DNA of 64,000 nucleotides from a virus: positions 64,001 to 128,000 of the IMG/VR virus record IMGVR_UViG_3300050821_018577; one strand, given 5' to 3'. This document shows positions 1-8,395 of this stretch, in pieces. The notes under the pieces are model-generated. The model did no database searches. It saw nothing but the letters and a program-made list of their open reading frames with translations, and was not told the DNA's origin. Both the position numbers and the translations under genes were made by a program. The first letter of the stretch is position 1. Every line of letters begins with the position of its first letter.

Positions 1-60
1 AAAATCCACAACAATTCATCCCGTACATCACTGGTTACCGTATACAGGTTGTTACTCCAT

Positions 61-100
61 GATTTAATTGGACTCAAATCGATTTAATTGGACTCAAATT
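61..100. repeat. 20-bp tandem direct repeat GATTTAATTGGACTCAAAT(C/T) x2
   Basis: 61-80 and 81-100 are identical at 19/20 positions; AT-rich; upstream of the putative terS. Confidence 0.9.
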
Positions 101-173
101 ATCTCGTTGAAAATAAAGATGGTTAGCAAAGATTTGTTGCACTTGAAACGCGACTTCGGTATCCTCCTCGGTG

Positions 174-226
174 ATTCGGCCGGGAAAGCCGAATGAAAGC
201 CGAATAAACGCTGAACAAAGCCGAAT
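174..226. repeat. AAAGCCGAAT x3 plus an inverted partial copy
   Basis: Copies at 185-194, 196-205 and 217-226; ATTCGGC (reverse complement of GCCGAAT) at 174-180. Confidence 0.75.
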
Positions 227-233
227 CCGCCCA

Positions 234-725
234 ATGTCAAACCCAAACGGTAATCCGGCGACACTATTGCCACCATGGGGCCCTGGCAACCCGCCACCCG
301 TCAGCCCTGGCCGACCGCCGAAACGCCCTGCGTCAGAAGCGTACGAGGCGTGGATGCGCCAGTTGGTTCCACCCGAAAAGATTGCGGAACTCTACGCCGA
401 AGGAATCAAACTGAAAGCCGGCGCGACCAACGCCGACATGGTGGCGTTATCGATGGGGCGCCAAGCTCTCCGCGGGAATGTGACCGCAGCAAAAGAATTG
501 CGCGAAGCAGTCGAAGGCAAAGCAACGCAACGGATCGAGTTGTCACGCAGCGAGGATCGCGCGGTAGAGTTTGTGGTGCTGTATGCAACGCCGATACCTG
601 GCGAAAAAATTGAAATAGTCGATGAGCGCAAAGTCATCGACATGGAGCCGATGCCAGAGAAGCCGGCCGAGGTCGAGGCCCCGGCAGCCCAAGGTCCCCA
701 CACAAACGACGACAAACCAAAATGA
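234..725 (+). CDS. putative terminase small subunit (DUF5681-like N-terminus)
   Basis: N-terminal NPNGNP..PPW.PGNPPP.SPGRP and QALRGNVTAAKELREAVEGKATQRIEL resemble terS families; ATG 234 preferred over 171. Confidence 0.5.
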   Translation: MSNPNGNPATLLPPWGPGNPPPVSPGRPPKRPASEAYEAWMRQLVPPEKIAELYAEGIKLKAGATNADMVALSMGRQALRGNVTAAKELREAVEGKATQRIELSRSEDRAVEFVVLYATPIPGEKIEIVDERKVIDMEPMPEKPAEVEAPAAQGPHTNDDKPK

Positions 726-937
726 ATCGTTGCGAGAAAATATATCGTGGGCCGTCCGCTGCGAAAGGTGGCCAATGTTTGCTCGAGGCTTGCCATGATG
801 GATTGCATGAAACGTATGCAATTCTCATTGCTGACAGCGTGCACGGTATAGTGCAAGACGGATCGGAACACTTCCGCTTCGACGATTCTGAATGCATGAC
901 GGAGATAGAAATCGTTGCTTGGAATCAACAGTCCTAA
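722..937 (+). CDS. hypothetical protein
   Basis: ATGA overlap with the previous stop; 71 aa. Confidence 0.55.
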   Translation: MNRCEKIYRGPSAAKGGQCLLEACHDGLHETYAILIADSVHGIVQDGSEHFRFDDSECMTEIEIVAWNQQS

Positions 938-1015
938 ATGCCTGGCCAAATAAATTCATCATGGGCCAGCCACTATTAGTTGTGGTTTCGCCCTCCCGCA
1001 AAACAGCTTGGTCCC

Positions 1016-1028
1016 TAAGTTATTGATT
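1016..1028 (-). promoter_or_regulatory. IHF consensus site
   Basis: Reverse complement AATCAATAACTTA matches WATCAANNNNTTR exactly, in an AT-rich intergenic region. Confidence 0.5.
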
Positions 1029-1425
1029 CCATACAAAGGTTGGTTTACCTTTTGCTTTTTATAGGACACAGACCTTTCGCCCTGTACTTTATCAATCATC
1101 ATGGCCAATTAAAAAACACCTGACTGCCGGCCAGGCCGAAATGGCCCTCCTGTCGAACCGATTCGGAATCACTGAACACGGACCGAAATGAATTCGGTTT
1201 TTGGCGCCAGATGGGTTTAGAAGCGGCGTCCGTGCCTAGGGATAACCATAAGTGGCATATTGTTTCTAGTAACCATGGTATGGTTTATGGGATGGTACGA
1301 CACTTTATGCCTACGAACTAAAGCGAAACCGTAAAGGCATGTCGGCGTCGGTTTGTTACCTAATTCGACACTTTGCGGACTTTCGCTTTTTCTTTATTTA
1401 TTTTGGGTTCGGCTGCATTTTTCGC

Positions 1426-1454
1426 TTGACAATACTTAGGCCCTAAGATAGAAT
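1426..1454 (+). promoter_or_regulatory. sigma70-type promoter with a palindrome in the spacer
   Basis: TTGACA 1426-1431, 17-nt spacer, TAGAAT 1449-1454; CTTAGG-C-CCTAAG inverted repeat at 1435-1447. Confidence 0.8.
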
Positions 1455-1519
1455 GCGTATAGTTAGATTGAGTCTTGCGCAGCACGACACAAACGCGAGA
1501 CTCCGAAAAGAGAAAACAA

Positions 1520-1729
1520 ATGTTCACAAAGTCAAAGAAGTCCGCCAAGTCTACCGCGAAAGTGGCCGTCCTGTCTCACGCCAAGCGTAGCAGTATCGCG
1601 CGACGTGCCGCGAACAGCGCATGGACTTTTATGCGCAGCAAAGCGTATCAAGCGATTCGCAATTCCAGCCGCACTCCTGCCGCGAAGCGCGCCGCTATCG
1701 AAGCTTTGAAAGCGCGTCGCGCAGCCTAG
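1520..1729 (+). CDS. small highly basic protein (69 aa)
   Basis: MFTKSKKSAK...; 18 Lys/Arg vs one acidic residue; flanked by a promoter and a terminator. Confidence 0.7.
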   Translation: MFTKSKKSAKSTAKVAVLSHAKRSSIARRAANSAWTFMRSKAYQAIRNSSRTPAAKRAAIEALKARRAA

Positions 1730-1740
1730 TCTACTCCGCG

Positions 1741-1779
1741 AGACTGCGCAGACTTATCTTCTGCGCAGTCTCTTTTTTT
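1741..1779 (+). terminator. intrinsic terminator
   Basis: 12-bp stem AGACTGCGCAGA/TCTGCGCAGTCT, 7-nt loop, followed by CTTTTTTT, directly after stop 1729. Confidence 0.8.
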
Positions 1780-1781
1780 CT

Positions 1782-1815
1782 CTCGACGCGCAAGCTTGAC
1801 CTAATGCGCGTCGAG
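1782..1815. other. 11-bp perfect inverted repeat (hairpin)
   Basis: CTCGACGCGCA 1782-1792 / TGCGCGTCGAG 1805-1815. Confidence 0.75.
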
Positions 1816-1833
1816 TCAAGAAAAGAGAAACTA

Positions 1834-2082
1834 ATGCCAAGTCTATTCCTTATGCGCCAAGCGAGACTCCGAGCACAGCGAATCCGCGAGACTGCCTCTC
1901 GACTCTCGACTCGCGTCCTAGCAGTTCTCCCCGTAACGCCTGAACTACCGGACCCGGCTTTCACGTTTGACCCCGACCTAGAAACATTCTTGCGCCGCAA
2001 CAATCTGACGTCGGCGCTAGAGCAATACATCCGCACGCAACAAGTCAGAGCGGGTGCCGTCTCAGACGGTTGGCCAGCCTAA
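1834..2082 (+). CDS. hypothetical protein
   Basis: ATG 1834 is preceded by GAAAAGAGAAA, the same 11-mer that precedes ATG 1520; followed by a terminator. Confidence 0.55.
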   Translation: MPSLFLMRQARLRAQRIRETASRLSTRVLAVLPVTPELPDPAFTFDPDLETFLRRNNLTSALEQYIRTQQVRAGAVSDGWPA

Positions 2083-2107
2083 CCCTACTCCACACCGTAA
2101 CACCCAC

Positions 2108-2140
2108 GCGGCCAGCCTAACAGCTGGCCGCTTTTTCTTT
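2108..2140 (+). terminator. intrinsic terminator
   Basis: GCGGCCAGC-CTAACA-GCTGGCCGC followed by TTTTTCTTT. Confidence 0.8.
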
Positions 2141-2187
2141 GCCCGGATCGAAACCTACCTGCTACCGCCTCACCTGCTACCATCCCA

Positions 2188-2280
2188 ATGGGCTCACCCT
2201 AGCGTTTGGGGACGCGCGTACAATGGGCAACCAATGGGCCTAGGAGCCTATTAGCGGGCCGATATGGGCATGGGATGGGC
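2188..2280. repeat. ATGGGC motif x5
   Basis: Copies at 2188, 2223, 2234 (these three as CAATGGGC), 2264 and 2275. Confidence 0.55.
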
Positions 2281-2620
2281 TTGGACTCATAACTTTTAGC
2301 GTGAGGGAATGGGCTCCGGTCCTATTGCCCTCTCGAGGATTTGGGACCAAAATCCGGGTTTCTCCGTAGAGGTTTTGGCTAAAATTTTCAGTCCAAAGCG
2401 GTGTGCCATTCCCGGGATTTCCCAGCTAAAAAAATGAGTCGGTCGAGCTCTTGGATTTGGGTCCGTTTTTTGGTGTGATTTCGGAATCGATTTTAGCTTG
2501 AAATTCTAGCTGATTTTGCTCACCGTTTTGGATCCGTCTTGTTGCTGGTTTGCTCTATGGTTTTGTTGTTGTGGGTCTCTTGGTTTGAAACAGGCGCTTA
2601 CCTGGAATGACAAAAAGTGC

Positions 2621-2773
2621 TTGCCTAGGCAAAAACGCAGCTTTGTAGTCCTGTAGTTCCAATACCTACTCCAAATCCAAATCCAAACCTAAACCTATGT
2701 AGGCAATGCCTAGGCATAATTTTTACCGCGTAGGCAATGCCTAGGCATATGTTTAACATTGACAAGTCCTAGG
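2621..2773. promoter_or_regulatory. operator-like palindrome array TGCCTAGGCA
   Basis: TTGCCTAGGCAA 2621-2632; ATGCCTAGGCAT 2706-2717 and 2737-2748 (inside a 19-bp direct repeat, 31 bp apart); CCTAGG 2768-2773 next to TTGACA 2759-2764. Confidence 0.7.
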
Positions 2774-2793
2774 TTGTGGATTATGACTCTAGG

Positions 2794-2970
2794 ATGGAAA
2801 AGGGGCGAAAAAACCAGGGATTGGTGCTGTACATTGAGCTGAATTCGGAGCGGGATCAGCGGGTAAAACAGAGGCTGGTGGAGCTGGCTTCGGAGCGTCG
2901 CCAATCGGTGGCGCAATTGGCGCTCGGAATCCTCGAAAAATACTTGGAAAATTTGGACCGGAATTCATGA
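2794..2970 (+). CDS. ribbon-helix-helix (Arc/CopG-like) DNA-binding protein
   Basis: Beta strand LVLYIEL followed by two helices (VKQRLVELASERRQSVAQLALGILEKYL). Confidence 0.6.
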   Translation: MEKGRKNQGLVLYIELNSERDQRVKQRLVELASERRQSVAQLALGILEKYLENLDRNS

Positions 2971-3191
2971 CGGAATTGGCCGGTTGCGAATGCGCGTTTT
3001 GGGGTCCGAATCCATGGTCGCAGGACATCACAAAATACTGCCCGGCGCACGAGCATCGAGCCTGCTCCGATGAGGGTCCGTTTTTTAAGGTGACCGACTC
3101 CGAGGTTTCTCTCTGTGCGTTCTGTCTTGAGTACCTGGTTGGCCGGAAACGGGCCGAGCAATTCCCGAATTTTCTGGCGGCGCGGTCGTAA
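2967..3191 (+). CDS. hypothetical Cys/His-rich protein
   Basis: ATGA overlap; CEC, CPAH and CAFC motifs. Confidence 0.6.
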   Translation: MTELAGCECAFWGPNPWSQDITKYCPAHEHRACSDEGPFFKVTDSEVSLCAFCLEYLVGRKRAEQFPNFLAARS

Positions 3192-3214
3192 TTCACAAAT
3201 CCACAAAATTCACA
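3189..3214 (+). repeat. three contiguous DnaA-box-like 9-mers
   Basis: TAATTCACA, AAATCCACA and AAATTCACA (7-8/9 to TTWTNCACA). Confidence 0.35.
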
Positions 3215-3236
3215 GGTAACTCTTTGGAACGGGCTC

Positions 3237-3265
3237 TTGACAAAAATGGTGCCTGGGAATAGTGT
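3237..3265 (+). promoter_or_regulatory. possible sigma70 promoter
   Basis: TTGACA 3237-3242, 17 nt, TAGTGT; the spacer contains TGCCTGGG, a variant of the upstream operator. Confidence 0.4.
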
Positions 3266-3422
3266 GGTCGCCGCGGATGGGGAGAGCTTGAGCGAAATGG
3301 TCAACGGAAAAGATTGAACGTGGTTGCCGGCGCACCCGCCCCGGTGATTTCCTCCACTCTCTCTTCCGCACCGTTGGCTTTCAACTTCAAGGTTCTTCCC
3401 GTTCGCAGAATCCAGGCACAGC

Positions 3423-3620
3423 ATGAAACTTTGCGAGCTCGAGGAAGTCCTCTCGCTGTCCAAGGCTGTTGAGTTAAACCCTGCCGCAAAATATCTGGTC
3501 GTTCTCAAGGAAACGGTTTCGCCAGACCATGCCATGGAGTTGCAGGGCTGGCTCGCCGCGCAGGGATTGGACGTTATCGTGTTTCCCGCGGAGTGTCGGC
3601 TGTTTGAGATTACCGCGTGA
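3423..3620 (+). CDS. hypothetical protein
   Basis: 65 aa; stop overlaps the next start. Confidence 0.6.
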   Translation: MKLCELEEVLSLSKAVELNPAAKYLVVLKETVSPDHAMELQGWLAAQGLDVIVFPAECRLFEITA

Positions 3621-3847
3621 AACCAGACAACATTGGCGCCGCCCTACTACGTATTCGCCGTGACGGCGGGCTGATTTTTTTTGAGCGCACACCCACCGGG
3701 CAATTTTTCTACGACCTGGTGTTCGGACGACAAACCGCGAAACGGCTGGCCAAGAAGTGGAATCTGACGCGCAGGGAAATCACCAAACTGCGCAGGCTTG
3801 GACGAAAAGGGTTGCGCTCCAATCGGCCCATCGCGAGGTCCCGCTGA
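3617..3847 (+). CDS. hypothetical basic protein
   Basis: GTGA overlap; abuts the replication gene. Confidence 0.6.
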   Translation: MKPDNIGAALLRIRRDGGLIFFERTPTGQFFYDLVFGRQTAKRLAKKWNLTRREITKLRRLGRKGLRSNRPIARSR

Positions 3848-4690
3848 ATGCCGAAACGCGTTATCGATGCCGAAGCGGTTTGGGGCAGCACCAAGCTGGC
3901 GCACTGTCGCCAGGAATTCATTCCCGAATATACCTGGCTCTATGGGTTGGCCGACGCCAATGGAAATTTCGAGATGAATGACTTGCGAGTGATTCACGGC
4001 AAAGTCGCCGCCATCCGGCCGCACTTCACTCTCGATACCCTGCAGCGGGTGTTTGAGGATTTTAAACGCCATGGCCTGCTGTTTACCTGGGAAGAACGCG
4101 GCAAAAAATACGGCCACTGGACCGGCAGCAACAAGCCTGGGCGGTTGCCGCCCAAATCCCAGCGCGACCATTACCCGAAACTGGATGTGCGCACCCCGTC
4201 CGATGAGGAAATTCAGAAATATTGGGACAGTCTAGCGGTGGAGACGCCGGTACCAACTCTGTTCCCAACGCCTGTCGCCGTGCGCATCGAAGCCGAACAA
4301 ACGCTCAAGGCGCACACCGATGCCGCAGCCAAAAACGGCGACGAGCCGGCAAAATTTAAACAAGACAAATGGAGAGCCTTCTGGGAGCTATACCCGAATC
4401 ATCAGGATGAACTATCCAGCCGCGAACTGTTCATGCGCCTCGACATGCTAGTGATGGATGACGTCATCGCCGCGGTGGTGCTCTACAAAGCTTCCTCCAT
4501 CAGTTGGCAACAAGGCGACCGGTTCGTGCCCAAAGCCCGCAACTGGTTACAGGAAGAGAATTGGAAAAAGACCCCGCCCAAGGAGACCCCTAATGCCCGA
4601 CGAACGCTTGGACCTGCCGGTCGCACCAGAGAGGACCAGCTTGAGCGTATGCGCAAAAACGCCAAGACCCTTGGACTTGACCGTCCGTGA
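3848..4690 (+). CDS. phage replication initiator / replisome organiser-like protein
   Basis: N-terminal ..WGSTKL..YTWLYGLADANGNFE; C-terminal FWELYP...FVPKARNWLQEENW typical of phage Rep C-termini; upstream of loader and helicase. Confidence 0.7.
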   Translation: MPKRVIDAEAVWGSTKLAHCRQEFIPEYTWLYGLADANGNFEMNDLRVIHGKVAAIRPHFTLDTLQRVFEDFKRHGLLFTWEERGKKYGHWTGSNKPGRLPPKSQRDHYPKLDVRTPSDEEIQKYWDSLAVETPVPTLFPTPVAVRIEAEQTLKAHTDAAAKNGDEPAKFKQDKWRAFWELYPNHQDELSSRELFMRLDMLVMDDVIAAVVLYKASSISWQQGDRFVPKARNWLQEENWKKTPPKETPNARRTLGPAGRTREDQLERMRKNAKTLGLDRP

Positions 4691-5189
4691 AGGCTTACTG
4701 CGCCTGGCCACGCTCTACGACAGGGATGTAACCGAGCCCATGAAAGCGTTGTGGATGGAAAGCCTCGCTGGACTTGACCCGCGCCTTGCCGAAGCCGCTT
4801 TTAGGGAAGTGGAAAAAACCTTTGTGCCGACGATGGCTTGCCCGTTTCCTGTTCCGGCGCATGTCCGGAATTTATTGAAAGACGCCCAATCCATGGACCG
4901 CACTGCGGAAGCGGAACTGGCTTGGCAGAATAGCCTGGCCGTCATCCTGCATCTCTATCATCCAGACATCGGCTGGCATGGCACTCCGCTTGAAGGCCGC
5001 GAATTGCGCGCGGCCGAAGCTGCCGGAGGCCTGCGCTACCTGTTCACTGCCCCGGACGACAAACTGGTGTGGGCCAAAAAGGCTTTTGTTGAAGCCTATC
5101 TGCGGGAAGAACAATTGCTCGAAGCGGCGCCGTTGCTGCCGGAAGTTAGAAACCTACTGGCAGAAGCGGTCCAAAAACAAAACAAGTGA
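4593..5189 (+). CDS. replication accessory / helicase-loader-position protein (DUF6475-like)
   Basis: Lies between Rep and DnaB; AELAWQ..AAGGLRYL..WAKKAFVEAY; start uncertain (ATG 4593 or TTG 4677). Confidence 0.5.
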   Translation: MPDERLDLPVAPERTSLSVCAKTPRPLDLTVREGLLRLATLYDRDVTEPMKALWMESLAGLDPRLAEAAFREVEKTFVPTMACPFPVPAHVRNLLKDAQSMDRTAEAELAWQNSLAVILHLYHPDIGWHGTPLEGRELRAAEAAGGLRYLFTAPDDKLVWAKKAFVEAYLREEQLLEAAPLLPEVRNLLAEAVQKQNK

Positions 5190-6559
5190 GCCGAACGCAA
5201 GCCAAACCGGAGGTCGAACGGCCGTTGCCGTCGAACATCGAAGCCGAACGCAGCGTGCTGGGCGCGGTGGTCCTCGACAATGCGGCGCTCGTGCCCATCC
5301 GTGCCTTGCTCGAACCGGAAGATTTTTTTCTGGATCAGCATCGCCGCATCTACATTCACATGATGGCGCTCAGTGAAAGCGAACAAGCCATCGACCTCAT
5401 CACCTTGACCGAAGGCCTCCACCGCGGCGGCAACCTTGAAGCCGCCGGCGGCGCTGGGTATATCGCCGCATTGGCCGACGGCATGCCCAAGGTCAGCAAC
5501 GTCGAGCACTATGCCAGGATCGTCAAGGAAAAAGCTCTACTGCGCAATCTTATCCATGCCACGGCCGATATCCAGCAGAAGGCGTTTGATGGTGACGACC
5601 GTGCCGCGGTGATTCTCGACAATGCCCGGGAGCAGGTATCCGCGCTGATTCAACAGCAGCCGACCGGCGGGTTTGTGCCGATAAAAACCATCGTGCACGA
5701 AAATTTCGAGCGCATCGAAAAGATTTTTACCGAAGGAAGAAACGTTACCGGGCTCGCAACCGGGTATTTAGAACTCGATAGGGCGCTTGCCGGGTTGCAG
5801 CCGGCCGAACTCATCATCCTGGCCGCCCGGCCCTCGCACGGCAAAACCAGTTTGGCGCTGAACATCGCCGAAAACATCTCCGTCCGCAATGGCAAGCCGG
5901 TGGGTTTTTGTTCGCTCGAAATGTCCAAGGAGTCTCTGCTATTGCGGTTGATGTCCTCGGTTGCCCAGGTGGACGCGCACAAATTCCGCACCGGACACCT
6001 GTCGCGGGAGGATTTCCGAAGGCTGACCGAAGCGCTCGCAACAATTTCGCAGGCTCCCTTATGGATCGATGACTCTTCGGCCTCCACCATCGGCGAAATG
6101 GCCGCGCGTTCGGAACGGCTCAAACAAGAACGCGCCATGTCGCTACTGGTGGTCGATTATCTGCAACTGGTGCGGTCCAGTTCCCGGGGCCGCAGCCGCC
6201 AGGAAGAAGTGTCCGATGTATCGCGCAACCTAAAAGCGCTGGCCAAGGATTTGGGCTGCCCGGTGCTGGCCCTGTCGCAACTCACCCGCGCGCCCGACAG
6301 GGAGGAACGAGCACCCATGCTGTCGGATTTGCGCGAGAGTGGCGCGATCGAACAGGACGCCGACGTGGTGCTGTTCATTCACCGGCCCGGACTGTACAAA
6401 CAAAACGCCACTATGGAAGAACGCGAGGACACCGAAGTGATTATCGCCAAGCAGCGCAATGGCCCGACCGACATCATTCAGTTCGTATTTCGCAGCCGGC
6501 TGACTCGCTTCGAGGAAGCCGCGCCGCCAGGATTTGGATTCCCGTCGGAGGATGCATGA
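5186..6559 (+). CDS. dnaB: replicative DNA helicase
   Basis: PSNIEAERSVLG N-terminus, Walker A AARPSHGKT, SLEMS, VVDYLQL, LSQL.R, SDLRESGAIEQDAD, IIAKQRNGP. Confidence 0.97.
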   Translation: MSRTQAKPEVERPLPSNIEAERSVLGAVVLDNAALVPIRALLEPEDFFLDQHRRIYIHMMALSESEQAIDLITLTEGLHRGGNLEAAGGAGYIAALADGMPKVSNVEHYARIVKEKALLRNLIHATADIQQKAFDGDDRAAVILDNAREQVSALIQQQPTGGFVPIKTIVHENFERIEKIFTEGRNVTGLATGYLELDRALAGLQPAELIILAARPSHGKTSLALNIAENISVRNGKPVGFCSLEMSKESLLLRLMSSVAQVDAHKFRTGHLSREDFRRLTEALATISQAPLWIDDSSASTIGEMAARSERLKQERAMSLLVVDYLQLVRSSSRGRSRQEEVSDVSRNLKALAKDLGCPVLALSQLTRAPDREERAPMLSDLRESGAIEQDADVVLFIHRPGLYKQNATMEEREDTEVIIAKQRNGPTDIIQFVFRSRLTRFEEAAPPGFGFPSEDA

Positions 6560-7371
6560 ATCGCGAAGAGATAAAACTCGGAGATAGAGTTATTGTGGAA
6601 GGTACGGTGGCGGCGATCGATGGCGACGGCTGGCAGATTACCATCCGCGACGGCGGGCTGCCGCCTGTTGGAACGTTTTATTTTTCAAATCCCGCCGGCA
6701 TCCGCGCCGACCGCGAAATCACCGCGAAGAATTTGGCCGCAGCCTGGGCCAGGTATAGGGACTTGTTCGCCGACATTCCGCACGGCACAGAAAAACAGAT
6801 GGGCGCGTTGCTGGAGTTGCTGCCCGGCAGCGCGCGCACCACAGGGTTAGCGGGAATCAAGGCCGGACTTACAGAAGCGGAAGCGCAAGACCCTGGTGGC
6901 GCCCCTCCAATTAAATGGCCTTCTGACAGCGCGGCGGTGCGGGAGACGCTGGAGAAGTTCGCATACATGCGCTGGGATGAAGTCGAGCGAATAAAGCAGC
7001 AATGGGGCGGAGGCGTAACCGTCACGTTAAAAACGGACGGGCACGGTACCGAACTTGGGCACGTCACCATTGATGATTTGCTGCAAACTCGCGCCGCTCT
7101 CGCCTCCACTCCCGCCCAGCCCTCTCGCAGTTCATTGGAGCAATTCAAGGCGTGTCTGCTAACAGAGTCCAATCCGAACATTAAAGTCAGCAAAGTGATT
7201 GAAGCGATTGATAGGATGCTCGCAGTGGCTCCCGCCCAGCGTGACGCGGGTGAGAAGGTGCGGGATTTGGTGACTGGTTTGCGCAAAGAAGCAGCATCAA
7301 TGCCGAACGCACACGGAGCAATAATTTCACGCATAGCTGATAGGCTAGAAGCAGCTCTTCTCGCGGAGTAA
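6556..7371 (+). CDS. hypothetical protein
   Basis: ATGA overlap with dnaB; 271 aa. Confidence 0.7.
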   Translation: MNREEIKLGDRVIVEGTVAAIDGDGWQITIRDGGLPPVGTFYFSNPAGIRADREITAKNLAAAWARYRDLFADIPHGTEKQMGALLELLPGSARTTGLAGIKAGLTEAEAQDPGGAPPIKWPSDSAAVRETLEKFAYMRWDEVERIKQQWGGGVTVTLKTDGHGTELGHVTIDDLLQTRAALASTPAQPSRSSLEQFKACLLTESNPNIKVSKVIEAIDRMLAVAPAQRDAGEKVRDLVTGLRKEAASMPNAHGAIISRIADRLEAALLAE

Positions 7372-7374
7372 GCC

Positions 7375-7707
7375 ATGACCAATCCATCTGAGCGGGAACT
7401 GCGGGAGCGATTGGCAGCGAAGATTCGCGATGAATGGTTGCCGGAAGCGCAGCGGCTAATTGACAGGTCCGAGCAACTTGCGAACAACGGAGAAGCGCAT
7501 CGCTCTGATATTTCTCTGGCGCGTGGGAGAGAAATAGAAGGCATCGTGCATGGATTGGACATACTTTTGCAGGAGACAGCTATTCCGCCTGGACCGTTGC
7601 TACAGACGGATGCCGTGGAACAAAGGAAGGGCCTTGAGGTTGGTACAACGGGCCACGCACCGACGAGAGACCCTTCCTCCACGAAGTCTGACGCCGGGAC
7701 CTTATGA
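7375..7707 (+). CDS. hypothetical protein
   Basis: Part of a tightly packed operon. Confidence 0.6.
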   Translation: MTNPSERELRERLAAKIRDEWLPEAQRLIDRSEQLANNGEAHRSDISLARGREIEGIVHGLDILLQETAIPPGPLLQTDAVEQRKGLEVGTTGHAPTRDPSSTKSDAGTL

Positions 7708-8030
7708 TTCATTACGCCAATCCGTGCGACCGGGAGGATTGCTGCGCTTACCGCGAAGAAGCTAGACGGCTGGCCAAAATCCTGAACACTCCGGAAATCG
7801 ATGACTTCTTCAAAGGCGTTGCGCTTGAATCCAAACACCAGCGGTTGCGCCACGGCGATGAAGCGGACTTGGAAAAAGACCCGGAAGAATGGTATTGGCT
7901 GGTAGGCTACCTCGCTGGCAAAGCGTTGCACGCGCAGCGCAGCGGAAATATGGAAAAATTCAAACACCACCTCGTCTCAACTTCCGCGGTGCTAGCCAAT
8001 TGGCACGCGCGCATATTGGAGAAATCATGA
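7704..8030 (+). CDS. hypothetical protein, possibly MazG-like all-alpha fold
   Basis: E..HQR.RHG...D..K.PEEWYWLVGYLAGKA...LVSTSAVLANW pattern. Confidence 0.5.
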   Translation: MIHYANPCDREDCCAYREEARRLAKILNTPEIDDFFKGVALESKHQRLRHGDEADLEKDPEEWYWLVGYLAGKALHAQRSGNMEKFKHHLVSTSAVLANWHARILEKS

Positions 8031-8395
8031 GAAAAAGAAAACGCGAACACAAAATGGAAATTCGCAAACGGGAAATCAACGAAAGCTACTGCGTACAGCC
8101 GGGTTGTAAATTCAAAGGCAAGCCCGCGGCGCAGGGCATCTGCCACACGGTGCTCGACAAGGACCGCGACAAATACATTCGGACCGTCCTACAGGAAGGA
8201 CAAGATTTTCTTGACGACATCAAATCGCTGCGCAAGGTCAATAAGCAAACCACCGCCAAGGCCTGGATCCGGTATCTTGAAGGCCATGTTGCCTGCCAGT
8301 GGGCCAATACGCAATTCACCCTCGACGAGCTGATTTATCTGCGTGCCGAAAATGCCCGGCTGAAACTGGCGGCCGGCAAATGGAGGCGGCGATGA
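8027..8395 (+). CDS. hypothetical protein
   Basis: ATG 8027 overlaps the previous stop. Confidence 0.65.
   Translation: MRKRKREHKMEIRKREINESYCVQPGCKFKGKPAAQGICHTVLDKDRDKYIRTVLQEGQDFLDDIKSLRKVNKQTTAKAWIRYLEGHVACQWANTQFTLDELIYLRAENARLKLAAGKWRRR

Noticed and set aside
61-100. CRISPR array
   Set aside because: Only two adjacent copies with no spacer; no cas genes.
5821-5850. Unusual DnaB Walker A (ARPSHGKT)
   Set aside because: The variable position tolerates substitution and the GKT core is intact.
6678-7970. 430-aa minus-strand ORF (and other long antisense ORFs such as 14590-15669, 21068-21883, 22896-23666)
   Set aside because: They shadow well-supported, translationally coupled + strand genes in GC-rich DNA and have no recognisable motifs or RBS.
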